A stretch of 64,000 nt of DNA from an uncultured Rubripirellula sp. (GTDB lineage: Bacteria; Planctomycetota; Planctomycetia; Pirellulales; Pirellulaceae): the NCBI GenBank assembly GCA_938085445.1, contig CALKGR010000001.1, positions 64,001 to 128,000 of the forward strand. Reading direction: 5' to 3'. Below, in pieces: positions 1-9,076 of the stretch. Both the position numbers and the translations under genes were made by a program. The notes under the pieces were generated by a model. It ran no database searches. It saw only the letters and a list, made by a program, of their open reading frames with translations, and was not told the DNA's origin. The stretch's first letter is position 1; the number at the start of each line of letters is the position of its first letter.

Positions 1-1974
1 GAAGTGTTGCAGTATCTTTATGGTAAATACGGTCGTGATCGTGCTGGATTAACAGCAACGGTCATTACCTATCGCACCAAGAGTGCGATTCGGGATGTTG
101 GCAAGGCACTGAGCATCTCTGCCGACACCATCGATTCCATAGCAAAGCTAAGTGGTAGTGGCGCCACCTTTGTGCAACGCTGCACCGAAGGTGGACTGGA
201 TCCGGAATCCGACTTGGGTCAGCGTTTCATCTATCTGGTCACAACACTGACGGGTTTTCCAAGACACTTGTCGCAGCATGTTGGTGGCATGGTGATGACA
301 GCAGGTAGCCTTTGCGAATTGTGCCCTATCGAGAATGCGGCGATGGAAGACCGCACGATCATTCAGTGGAATAAAGATGACCTGGATGAACTTGGAATTC
401 TCAAAGTCGATGTACTAGCACTTGGAATGTTATCAGCTTTACATCGATGCTTCGATCTTATCGCCAAGCATCATGATCGCAGGCTTACTCTTGGCACATT
501 ACCCCAAGATGACCAAGCAACTTACGACATGATTTGCAAAGCAGACACCATCGGTGTTTTCCAAATCGAAAGCCGAGCCCAAATGAGCATGTTGCCACGG
601 CTTCAACCACGCTGCTATTACGATCTTGTGGTCGAAGTAGCGATTGTGCGTCCCGGTCCTATTCAGGGCAACATGGTGCATCCTTATTTAAAAGCCCGTG
701 AAAACCCGCAAGCTGTGATTTATCCAAATGATGCCATACGCGGGGTACTGGAAAAGACACTCGGAGTGCCTATCTTTCAAGAACAAGCCATGCGATTGGC
801 AGTTGTGGCAGCTGGCTTCACACCGGGTGAGGCAGATCAGCTGCGCAGAGCGATGGCAGCATGGCGGCGTCCGGGACTGATCGACAAGTTTCGAACCAAG
901 CTTCTGGAAGGGATGCAGAAAAAAAACTTCACAGCTGCCTTTGCTGAACATGTATTCAATCAAATACGCGGTTTCGGAGAATATGGATTCCCGGAATCAC
1001 ATGCCGCCAGCTTCGCCCTGCTGGTCTATGCATCCTGCTACCTGAAATGTCATTACCCAGATGCTTTCTGTGTTGCTCTGCTGAATAGTCAGCCGATGGG
1101 TTTTTATGCGCCTGCCCAGTTGATTGCCGATGCTCAAAAACACGGCGTGGAAGTCCGCGGCGTGGATATCAATCTCAGTGACTGGGAATCGACATTGGAA
1201 CCGGATCTTCAAAATGAAGATGGGAAGAAAAATGAACAGGGATCATCAGTTAAACAAGCCATCCGCCTTGGCCTGACGACCATTCGTGGGCTTCATTCCA
1301 ACATTGCCTTGGAACTTATCCAAGAGCGATACACAGGCGGGCCATACAGCAGCATGGAAGACCTTGTCAAACGTACTGGCTTGGGAAAAATGCCTTTAGC
1401 GACACTTGCTGATGCTGATGCATTTGAATCTCTGCATGTTGATCGCCGTGCTGCGGTGTGGCATTCACTCGGTCAAGACCACAACCCCAACCAACAACCG
1501 TTGTTTGCCGATCTGAACGAAACAGAACAAACACCAGACACACTGGCCCCCATGACGCCGATGGAGGAAGTTCACGCGGACTACGACATGACTGGATTGA
1601 GCCTTAAAGCGCATCCAGTCTCATTTATTCGCGACGAACTAATCGTTCGGCGGTGTGTTACTTCCAAAGACCTCAAAGATCTTAGAGACGGACGGCATGT
1701 TCGAGTTGCCGGGCTGATCTTACTCAGGCAAAAACCCTCAACGGCAAAAGGCATTGTCTTTGCAACGATGGAAGATGAAACAGGGTCAATCAACCTGGTC
1801 ATCTTCAAGGCCGTCTGGGAGCGTTTTTTTCGTATCGCTCGAACCAGTAATGCTTGGCTGGTTGAAGGAAAACTAGAAAATCGTCAAGGCGTTATTCACG
1901 TTGTTGTCGGACGCATCACTGACCTCAGTGAGGAAGTGACAGGGCTAGCGATTTCCTCAAAAGACTTTCATTAA
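1..1974 (+). CDS. dnaE2: Error-prone DNA polymerase III alpha subunit (DnaE2), 5'-truncated by the window edge
   Basis: Frame open from base 1. Motifs GFPRHLSQHVGG, LKVDVLALGML, GVFQIESRAQ, FGEYGFPESHAASFA, LLNSQPMGFYAP and C-terminal OB fold RQKPSTAKG are DnaE2-type. Confidence 0.93.
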   Translation, partial: EVLQYLYGKYGRDRAGLTATVITYRTKSAIRDVGKALSISADTIDSIAKLSGSGATFVQRCTEGGLDPESDLGQRFIYLVTTLTGFPRHLSQHVGGMVMTAGSLCELCPIENAAMEDRTIIQWNKDDLDELGILKVDVLALGMLSALHRCFDLIAKHHDRRLTLGTLPQDDQATYDMICKADTIGVFQIESRAQMSMLPRLQPRCYYDLVVEVAIVRPGPIQGNMVHPYLKARENPQAVIYPNDAIRGVLEKTLGVPIFQEQAMRLAVVAAGFTPGEADQLRRAMAAWRRPGLIDKFRTKLLEGMQKKNFTAAFAEHVFNQIRGFGEYGFPESHAASFALLVYASCYLKCHYPDAFCVALLNSQPMGFYAPAQLIADAQKHGVEVRGVDINLSDWESTLEPDLQNEDGKKNEQGSSVKQAIRLGLTTIRGLHSNIALELIQERYTGGPYSSMEDLVKRTGLGKMPLATLADADAFESLHVDRRAAVWHSLGQDHNPNQQPLFADLNETEQTPDTLAPMTPMEEVHADYDMTGLSLKAHPVSFIRDELIVRRCVTSKDLKDLRDGRHVRVAGLILLRQKPSTAKGIVFATMEDETGSINLVIFKAVWERFFRIARTSNAWLVEGKLENRQGVIHVVVGRITDLSEEVTGLAISSKDFH

Positions 1975-1982
1975 CAACCATT

Positions 1983-2720
1983 CTACAAAACACTTTCAGC
2001 TACCAGTCTTCGCCTCAACTGCTGAACTATACTCATCTGCCATTGACCCTTACCCGTACTGTCGACCCGGTAGTCCATAAACATCTGTATCTTCATTTCG
2101 CTGTCACCAGTTGGATCTGACCATATGACCTCAGCATGCTCCTTACCATATTGGAAATAGATACGAATGGGTCGATCCAATTCCCACTTTGCCTTGGGAC
2201 CACGCCGCTTCAATTCCCGATTCACGACATCTGTTTTGAACTGCACCAACGACTCGGAAATGCGTTGATCTGACAAATAATGGTCTGCCAAATTCATGTC
2301 TGTTGAAAGGCGGTTGTACCACTCCTTCTTCAACTCCATTGCGTGTTCATCATGCCCCAAAGCGATCAATTCGATATACTGCCCGGCAAACTCTTCTGCC
2401 TGACGGCTGAGCGTCGCCTTTTTCAGCATGGGAATCGTGTACCCGCATGTCCCAAAACCCACGCTTAAAATGATACCCCACATGGCAACCAGAGTCCCAG
2501 CGGGCCTCGGACCGTCATACTTTCGCAGAGCAATCAAGCCAAACAAGATTGAACCCAACGCAACCAACAACATCGGCTCGAACAAGATACTGAAGAAGCT
2601 GAGTACACCCAATAAAAAACAGATGTAACCGGTGACACGGAGCGGCGGTGGCTCTTCAAACTCGAATCCATTCCCCGAGCCCATTCCGAGCATGGTTATT
2701 TCATCACGTTCTTCAGTCAT
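1983..2720 (-). CDS. Membrane protein with N-terminal hydrophobic helices (DUF4190-like) and soluble C-terminal domain
   Basis: 245-aa ORF with hydrophobic segments at about aa 30-65 and 77-98; converges on dnaE2. Confidence 0.6.
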   Translation of the reverse strand: MTEERDEITMLGMGSGNGFEFEEPPPLRVTGYICFLLGVLSFFSILFEPMLLVALGSILFGLIALRKYDGPRPAGTLVAMWGIILSVGFGTCGYTIPMLKKATLSRQAEEFAGQYIELIALGHDEHAMELKKEWYNRLSTDMNLADHYLSDQRISESLVQFKTDVVNRELKRRGPKAKWELDRPIRIYFQYGKEHAEVIWSDPTGDSEMKIQMFMDYRVDSTGKGQWQMSIVQQLRRRLVAESVL

Positions 2721-3119
2721 GTCGCAATCGTCTGGCAGGAGAAAGATAAGGTGCGGGCCAACCTGGCCTGCAGTCGTAGGGGTGATCTTCGTCAGTAATC
2801 TTGTCGTTAGGTCAGTTCTGCAAAAAACACAATCGGGGCACGGGAGCCTCTCGAATCAATCGTGCTTCCGACAGGGCAGCATTATCGCCAAGGCTGGCTC
2901 GGACCTGCGTGAGGTATAAGCTTTGAAGCCGGAGAACGGCACTTTCTACTTAAAAACTTCGTCCTTGGGTGATTCTGGGCGGCGTTTGGGTGCCCAAAAA
3001 CCAGAGAAATCTGCTTACCATGTGTCGCTGATACGCAGTCGAGACGAGACTTGTTTTGAAAAAAGGTCGATTTAGCAATCAAACTCAAAAATAGTTACGT
3101 CTCAATCGACCGCAGGCTA

Positions 3120-4334
3120 CTAGGCTGCCCGCCGCGGTAAATCACTAACATTTCCAATGTTTTTTGACATTCCAGCGCTGCCTGACAACCGTGGATGAAT
3201 GAACTCAGCGGCTCGCTGTGAAGCTCCGGGCTGAGCATATTGATCACGAAGGCGATCCAAACTTTCCAACAAGCCTTGGAAATAGAAATGGTCATTCAGC
3301 ATCGCATGAACAGACTGCGTCAGAAAGTCGATCGCCGGTTCCGTTTTACCAACGGAAACCATCTCAGGAAACACTTTCCGGTCACTCATCAAGTTAGGAA
3401 GCGTAATACTATCCAACCTGAGCACATGCTTACCAACGGTATGCAATACGCGACCGACTCGATAAACCACAGCCGCAGGTGTTCGTCTCGCCATCAACTC
3501 AAGACTGACACTACCGCTGACCATCATGGCACAACGTGCAGCTTCCACCACCTCACTGGTCCGGTCAACAAAGAACTCAATGGGCAACTCTTGGTCTTCT
3601 TCCGTCATCTGGTCACGGCACCAAAGACATTGCCGATCGCGATAAGCAGCGACAAGAAAACGCGTCCTGGGGTTCACGCGGTGAAGCCTACGAATCGCCT
3701 CCAACATCAATGGCCAATTTGAATGTACCTCGTGCTCACGGGACCCTGGTAAAACAGCGACAAGATGCTCGCCCCGAAGACTGGTATCACGAAACCGACC
3801 TAGCAACTGATGATCTAACGGTTGGCACGCGACAGCATCAAAGAAAGGATGCCCCACAAAAGTGGTGGGGATCCCACGGCGTTCAAAATAATCTTTTTCG
3901 ACAGGAAGCACCGCCAACACATGATCCACAGATCGTTTCATTTTGTGAATCCGCCAACCGCCCCATGCCCACAGTTGCGGTGGACAATAGTAGTAAACAG
4001 GAATGCCGTACTTTTTAGCACGCTTTGCGATATGCCAATTAAAACCGGGGAAATCAACCAACACGACCGCATCAACATTTCCCTGACGAAAAATTTCCTC
4101 CGCCTCATCAGCGAAACGAAAAAACTGCCTCAACTTCGGGATCACTTCAATCAATCCAACAACTGCATGTTGCGTCAAATCGCGATCAAGATGACAACCA
4201 GCATCTCGCATCGCCTGACCACCAAACCCTCGCAATTGAATCGTCGAATCCAAGGCCAATATCTGTGAAACCATCCGGGCGGCGTGCTGGTCGCCGCTGG
4301 GTTCGCCGACGGAGAAAAATATATTTGCTGACAT
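3120..4334 (-). CDS. lpxB: Lipid-A-disaccharide synthase
   Basis: IFFSVGEPSGDQHAA, VDFPGFN, YYCPPQLWAW, FVGHPF, LPGSR, SGSVSLEL motifs. Start placed at ATG 4334 (MSANIFF). Confidence 0.93.
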   Translation of the reverse strand: MSANIFFSVGEPSGDQHAARMVSQILALDSTIQLRGFGGQAMRDAGCHLDRDLTQHAVVGLIEVIPKLRQFFRFADEAEEIFRQGNVDAVVLVDFPGFNWHIAKRAKKYGIPVYYYCPPQLWAWGGWRIHKMKRSVDHVLAVLPVEKDYFERRGIPTTFVGHPFFDAVACQPLDHQLLGRFRDTSLRGEHLVAVLPGSREHEVHSNWPLMLEAIRRLHRVNPRTRFLVAAYRDRQCLWCRDQMTEEDQELPIEFFVDRTSEVVEAARCAMMVSGSVSLELMARRTPAAVVYRVGRVLHTVGKHVLRLDSITLPNLMSDRKVFPEMVSVGKTEPAIDFLTQSVHAMLNDHFYFQGLLESLDRLRDQYAQPGASQRAAEFIHPRLSGSAGMSKNIGNVSDLPRRAA

Positions 4335-4740
4335 TCGGATACCCGAGCTTCGGACTCTCCCGCTGACCTCATTTTTCATTTCAAACCCCATGCAGCTTCA
4401 GCCGGCATGATTTTTTGATAGAGGGAGCCGGGAAATTGGCTTCACTGATCTTATCAGTAAAGAAAGCAAGGTCTGATCGTCAACGCTAATTCGATGCTAG
4501 CATCGCAAATGAACATCTGACCGGGCGTCACGTACGCAACAGCCGCATAGGCTTGAGCAACTTTTGCGATCTGAGCCCCAAACGGGAAAGGACGACTCAG
4601 AAGTCGAACCGCTCAGAGCGGTTTACAAAGATGACTCCAAGTCCACTCATGAATTGCAAGCAAAGCACACCATTCAAACCACGCACTGCATACTTTCTTG
4701 TTTGATGCTTGTGATCACCCACCTGCTGTCACCTCGGCAT

Positions 4741-4780
4741 AAAAAAACGACCCGTCGAGTAAATCCTCGACGGGTCGTTT
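4741..4780 (-). terminator. Rho-independent terminator downstream of the Cys-rich protein gene
   Basis: Perfect 15-bp inverted repeat AAACGACCCGTCGAG-taaatc-CTCGACGGGTCGTTT (4745-4780); A7 at 4741-4747 reads as a U-tract on the minus strand. Confidence 0.85.
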
Positions 4781-4825
4781 GTAGTTCACGTCTGAAAGGT
4801 GATCAGAGTGTTCACGTTACGCAAT

Positions 4826-5554
4826 TCAGCGAACGAAAACAGCACTGGCCTGAACGACGCGACGCTTGCTGGTCGCCTGTGCACTTGGGTCAACAACCGG
4901 TGCTGGCATTGGAGCAGCTTCCATAGCGGCTTCGCAGCCACAAGCTGGCTCGCAACCACACGCTGGCTCGCTGTCGCAGCCATCGTCACAGCAATCTTTC
5001 TTCTTAAGTTTTCCGAACAGCTTCTCAAGCAGTCCACAAGACTTCATAGGAGCACAGCCACTGTCGCAACCGGAGTCGCAGGCGTCGCTTTCGCAACCAC
5101 ATGCAGGCTCTTCTGCACCACAAGCAGGCTCTTCGCAACCGCATGCAGGCTCTTCGCAACCACATGCTGGCTCGCATCCATCGCAGTTGCTCTTCTTAGC
5201 GAAAAGCTTCGCCAAAAGTCCGCATCCACGATCTTTGCTGCACGCACTGTCACAACCTGAATCACAGCTGTCACTTTCGCAACCGCAAGCTGGCTCTTCT
5301 GCACCACAAGCAGGCTCTTCGCAGCCACAAGCAGGCTCTTCGCACCCACATGCTGGCTCCTCGCACCCACATGCTGGCTCTTCACTGCCGCAAGCTGGTT
5401 CACAAGCTGCGTCGCAGCTTCCTGTATCACAACACTTGGCGGAGCTTCCACAGCCCTTCACGCCGAGCATACGATCTAAAAGGTCAAACCCGAAGCTCTG
5501 GCTGCACATAGTACAACCGAGAACGAGTGCCATTGTCATAATTGTCCGCTTCAT
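4826..5554 (-). CDS. Secreted cysteine-rich repeat protein (12 EPACG units), 242 aa
   Basis: ATG 5554 with GGGAG RBS upstream; signal-peptide-like MKRTIMTMALVLGCTMCSQSFG; repeat copies differ mainly at third codon positions in this frame; terminator follows. Confidence 0.85.
   Translation of the reverse strand: MKRTIMTMALVLGCTMCSQSFGFDLLDRMLGVKGCGSSAKCCDTGSCDAACEPACGSEEPACGCEEPACGCEEPACGCEEPACGAEEPACGCESDSCDSGCDSACSKDRGCGLLAKLFAKKSNCDGCEPACGCEEPACGCEEPACGAEEPACGCESDACDSGCDSGCAPMKSCGLLEKLFGKLKKKDCCDDGCDSEPACGCEPACGCEAAMEAAPMPAPVVDPSAQATSKRRVVQASAVFVR
5091..5402 (-). repeat. Two blocks of degenerate 21-bp coding tandem repeats (EPACG[C/A/S]E)
   Basis: Units such as GCAGGCTCTTCGCAACCGCAT at about 5091-5173 (4 units) and 5277-5402 (6 units). 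Confidence 0.9.
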
Positions 5555-5600
5555 TGGAGCCACATCTCCCTTAATCTCAACTTGGCGGTTAAGTCGGTAT

Positions 5601-5911
5601 GCCGTCACCGTCGGCGAATGAGCTCTACTTTTGCTGCGTGAGAGAGCTTTCAGTGGAGGTGCATTCGATGGACGAAGTCGCCGTCGAGCACACCTCGAGT
5701 TTGCTCCGACAAACACAAACGGGTCGGGTGCGGACACCCGGCCCGCCGACTTCGTTCAGTTCGTCGTTCTCGCTGCCGGCAACGGTTAGGTTGCCGTAGA
5801 ACCACTCAAGTTTGGTGACGCCATGTGATCCTGACATCCCATGTCAGGTTCCCTGGGTCTATCGCAATGAGCTGGTTTTTGGCATTGAGCCGTACCCATC
5901 TCATTTGCGAT
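5601..5911. ncRNA. Candidate structured RNA or long 5' leader (unclassified)
   Basis: At least 8 stems in a region without a convincing ORF, e.g. 5672-5680/5747-5755, 5720-5730/5735-5745, 5777-5783/5790-5796, 5830-5837/5841-5848, 5861-5871/5900-5911. Confidence 0.45.
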
Positions 5912-6268
5912 CTGTATCCGTATCGACGCTGACTGGCCGTTCAATCAATCTTCCGCGGGATTTTCACCCTGTTGGAAAAGTTTGCCGGTTACGGGGTTTT
6001 TGCCGTTTTTTTGGAGGAATGCTGTTCCTCCGCTTCTGCGCGTGGCGTATTTCGTCCAACCGGTATAAAATCAAGCGGAATGGAGTGGCTGGCGAGTGCC
6101 AGCCACATCCGACCAAGATGGTCGGCACCGACCCCAAGAAGACCACCCCATGCGGGCGAGCAAGCGAAATTGTGGGAAACGAAGCGAAACCGCCAGGGAT
6201 TTCGATTGGTTTCCTATCGCATCGATCCCCGAGATTGTGGTCGCTTGTGATATCCCCCCCGGTAACGC

Positions 6269-6643
6269 GTGACTTTACCAGCCAAGCCAACAGTTCTCGA
6301 TCTGACTGCGTTGCCAGGGATCCCTTGTCCCTGTGGCGTAGCCCGTCGAGCTTTTGCTGATCGAGAAGAATTCCCTGGAACGGTACATCTGACTGAGATC
6401 AGCACTGATGCACGCGAGCATTACCACAAGGAGCACACTGAAGTTTACGTCATCCTGACCTGCCAGCCGAATGCGGTCATGATTCTGGACGGAGAAGAGG
6501 TTCCAGTGGCACCCCACCACGCCATTCTGATCCCCCCCAGAGTCCGACATCGTGCCGTTGGCGAAATGACAGTTCTGATCCTGTGTACACCAAATTTTGA
6601 TCCCGCTGACGAATATTTCGATGATTCGTCTGTACCTGCGTAA
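6269..6643 (+). CDS. Cupin domain protein
   Basis: Metal-binding cupin motifs HYHKEHTEVY and IPPRVRHRAVG; N-terminal CPCG. Confidence 0.85.
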   Translation: MTLPAKPTVLDLTALPGIPCPCGVARRAFADREEFPGTVHLTEISTDAREHYHKEHTEVYVILTCQPNAVMILDGEEVPVAPHHAILIPPRVRHRAVGEMTVLILCTPNFDPADEYFDDSSVPA

Positions 6644-6722
6644 TCAGTTGGTTCGTAAGAAGACTTGCTGAAATATCATCATCCAACTGCCTGAATAGCC
6701 CCCCGAGTTTTAGAGAATCCAA

Positions 6723-8969
6723 ATGTATTTGAGTTTCGACTTCATCGGCCGCCGCGTATCACTTGCAATGCTTGCTGTTGCATGGGTTGTAACGTCCGCT
6801 GCCGCCGCTGATTGGCCTTACTGGCGTGGCCCCACATTTGACGGAACCGCTGAGGCAACTGGGCTACCAGATAACTGGGATCCCACTGGCGGCGAAGACA
6901 GCAATGTACTCTGGACACGTGACGACATTGGTGGGCCTTGCACGCCGATCGCAATGGACGGAAGAATCTATACAATTCAGCGGTCCATGCCCGCCACTGA
7001 TCGCGAAGGCGAAAAAGTTGTTTGCCTCGATGCTGTCACAGGAAAGACTCTTTGGGAAAACGCGTACAACGTTTGGCTCTCTGACGTCCCAGCTGAACGC
7101 ATTGGCTGGAGCAGTGTCGTGGGTGACCCTGAGACTGGTAAGGTCTATGCCTTGGGCGCCTGTGATATTTTCCAGTGCATGGATGGTACAACAGGTGAAA
7201 CCCTTTGGAGCATTCCTCTGCATGAACAATTCGGGATGCTCAGCACCTACGGAGGCCGGACGAACTTTCCAATCGTTCACGAAAACCTGGTGATCATCAG
7301 TGGGATCATTATCAACTGGGGAGATGCCGCCAAGCCTAACCACAGGCTAATTGCACTGGATAAAAATACGGGCGAGGTGATCTGGTTCAGTGGAACACGA
7401 GACCTTCCATTTGACACCACCTACTCAGCACCAAGCTTGGTCACGATTGATGGTCAGCGGCAACTGGTCATGGGTGCTGGTGATGGCGCAATTTGGGGCT
7501 TTCAACCTCGCACGGGAAAACCGTTGTGGCATTACAACCTTTCCCGCCGCGGCATCTTTGCCACACCACTTGTGGTTGGCAATCAGGTTTTCGCAAGTCA
7601 CAGCGAAGAAAATGTCGCGCCCAACAACAATGTGATGGGCGCCGTGGCTGGTCTTCGCGTCTCGGGCACCGGAGATGATACAAAAGTCGAAGAACTCTGG
7701 AAGCAAATGGAAGTCGTCGCAGGATACAGTGAACCGGTTCTGATCGGGGATCGACTTTATGTGGTGGACGACCGCTGCAAAATGTGGATTTTTGACGCTG
7801 AGACAGGGACACCGATCGTTGAACGTAAATCTTTCGTTGGCAGTCGTCAGCGTTCCGCTCTGCTTCATGCAGATGGAAAAATCTATGTCCTGACAGAAAA
7901 TGGTCGTTGGGCAGTCATCGTTCCTGACGAAGAAGATGGCTTTAAAATCCTCAACAAGGGCCGCGTTCGCAACACAGGCTTTGCAGGATCACCCATCGTT
8001 GCTGATGGCCGCCTCTATTTTCCCAGCACCACTGGCCTCTATTGTGTTGCCGCTGATGGCGGCAGCCAAAAACCGGTTGTGATGGCAGAATCCATGGGAA
8101 AAGAAACACCCGTTTCGGAAAACCCAACGATCACACAAGTGCAGATCGTTCCTGCTGAATCAGTCGTCAAGCCAGGTGAGAAAATCCAACTGAAAGTAAA
8201 CGTCTTCAATGTGCTCGGTCAGCAGCTCGAAACACCATCAGATGTGACTTTCGAAGTGATCGGGGCCGGTAAAATTGACGGGTCGACCTACGTTGCTCCT
8301 GAAGATGCGGCACACACAGGTACGACCATCATTGCCAAAGTCGGTGATGCCACTGGAAGAACGCGTACACGGATTGTCCCTGACCTGCCATGGAAGTTCA
8401 CTTTTGATAATCTGAAAGACCCACCGCTTTCATGGGTGGGAGCGCGGTATCGTCATGTCATCCGCAATATTGATGGCTCACCTGCTTTGACCAAGATCTC
8501 GACCATCCCGAAAGGAGCTCGCAGTCGAGCATGGATGGGCTACAGTGACCTGTCTGAGTACACGATTGCCGCAGATGCACGCGGAGCCCGCATGAGCGAT
8601 CAGCTCCCAGATATTGGACTCACCGCGCACGGTTATGTTTTAGATCTGATGGGCGAAAGCCAACAGCTACAGATCCGCACATGGTCTGCACAACTCAGAA
8701 TGGCAAAAACCATTCCGTTCCCATGGAAAGAAGATACATGGTATCGAATGAAATTCCGTGTGGATCTTGAAAGTGAGCCGCCAGCAGCAGTGGCCGTTCT
8801 GCGAGGCAAAGTATGGCCCCGGGATGAAAATGAGCCCAAGGAATGGACCATCACTGCACGGGATGAAGCCCCCAACCTCGCGTCGAGTCCGGGCTTGTAT
8901 GGCAATGCAAAAGTCGCTGAGCTGTACCTCGACAATGTCGAAGTCACCGCCAACACTGAAGAACCCTGA
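6723..8969 (+). CDS. Secreted PQQ-binding-like (BamB-like) beta-propeller protein with C-terminal Ig-like and lectin/DUF1080-like domains
   Basis: Signal peptide ending AAAA-DWPYWRGP; repeated (C/A)LD..TG...W blade motifs; SPIVADGRLY. Confidence 0.85.
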   Translation: MYLSFDFIGRRVSLAMLAVAWVVTSAAAADWPYWRGPTFDGTAEATGLPDNWDPTGGEDSNVLWTRDDIGGPCTPIAMDGRIYTIQRSMPATDREGEKVVCLDAVTGKTLWENAYNVWLSDVPAERIGWSSVVGDPETGKVYALGACDIFQCMDGTTGETLWSIPLHEQFGMLSTYGGRTNFPIVHENLVIISGIIINWGDAAKPNHRLIALDKNTGEVIWFSGTRDLPFDTTYSAPSLVTIDGQRQLVMGAGDGAIWGFQPRTGKPLWHYNLSRRGIFATPLVVGNQVFASHSEENVAPNNNVMGAVAGLRVSGTGDDTKVEELWKQMEVVAGYSEPVLIGDRLYVVDDRCKMWIFDAETGTPIVERKSFVGSRQRSALLHADGKIYVLTENGRWAVIVPDEEDGFKILNKGRVRNTGFAGSPIVADGRLYFPSTTGLYCVAADGGSQKPVVMAESMGKETPVSENPTITQVQIVPAESVVKPGEKIQLKVNVFNVLGQQLETPSDVTFEVIGAGKIDGSTYVAPEDAAHTGTTIIAKVGDATGRTRTRIVPDLPWKFTFDNLKDPPLSWVGARYRHVIRNIDGSPALTKISTIPKGARSRAWMGYSDLSEYTIAADARGARMSDQLPDIGLTAHGYVLDLMGESQQLQIRTWSAQLRMAKTIPFPWKEDTWYRMKFRVDLESEPPAAVAVLRGKVWPRDENEPKEWTITARDEAPNLASSPGLYGNAKVAELYLDNVEVTANTEEP

Positions 8970-9076
8970 ATCCGCTTAGCCATAAATTTTGACTCAGAGC
9001 ACTGCACTGCCAGCCAAAGCTCTGAATAACTGAAGTTTAACTGACAAAAAAACCTCCACCAAATCCCTAGTGAGTC

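Noticed and set aside
5091..5402. 21-bp repeats as a possible CRISPR array
   Set aside because: Units are contiguous with no unique spacers, vary at synonymous positions and encode a peptide repeat; no cas genes in the window
4799..5621. Plus-strand ORFs 4866-5621 and 4799-5260, and alternative minus frame 5044-5451
   Set aside because: Shadows of the repeat gene; RBS, signal peptide and terminator all support the Cys-rich minus frame
5555..5737. 61-aa N-terminal extension of the Cys-rich ORF
   Set aside because: The RBS and signal peptide sit at ATG 5554; the extension runs through the structured region
5812..6360. 182-aa plus ORF and overlapping short ORFs
   Set aside because: No recognisable motifs; overlaps the cupin gene; more likely a divergent promoter region
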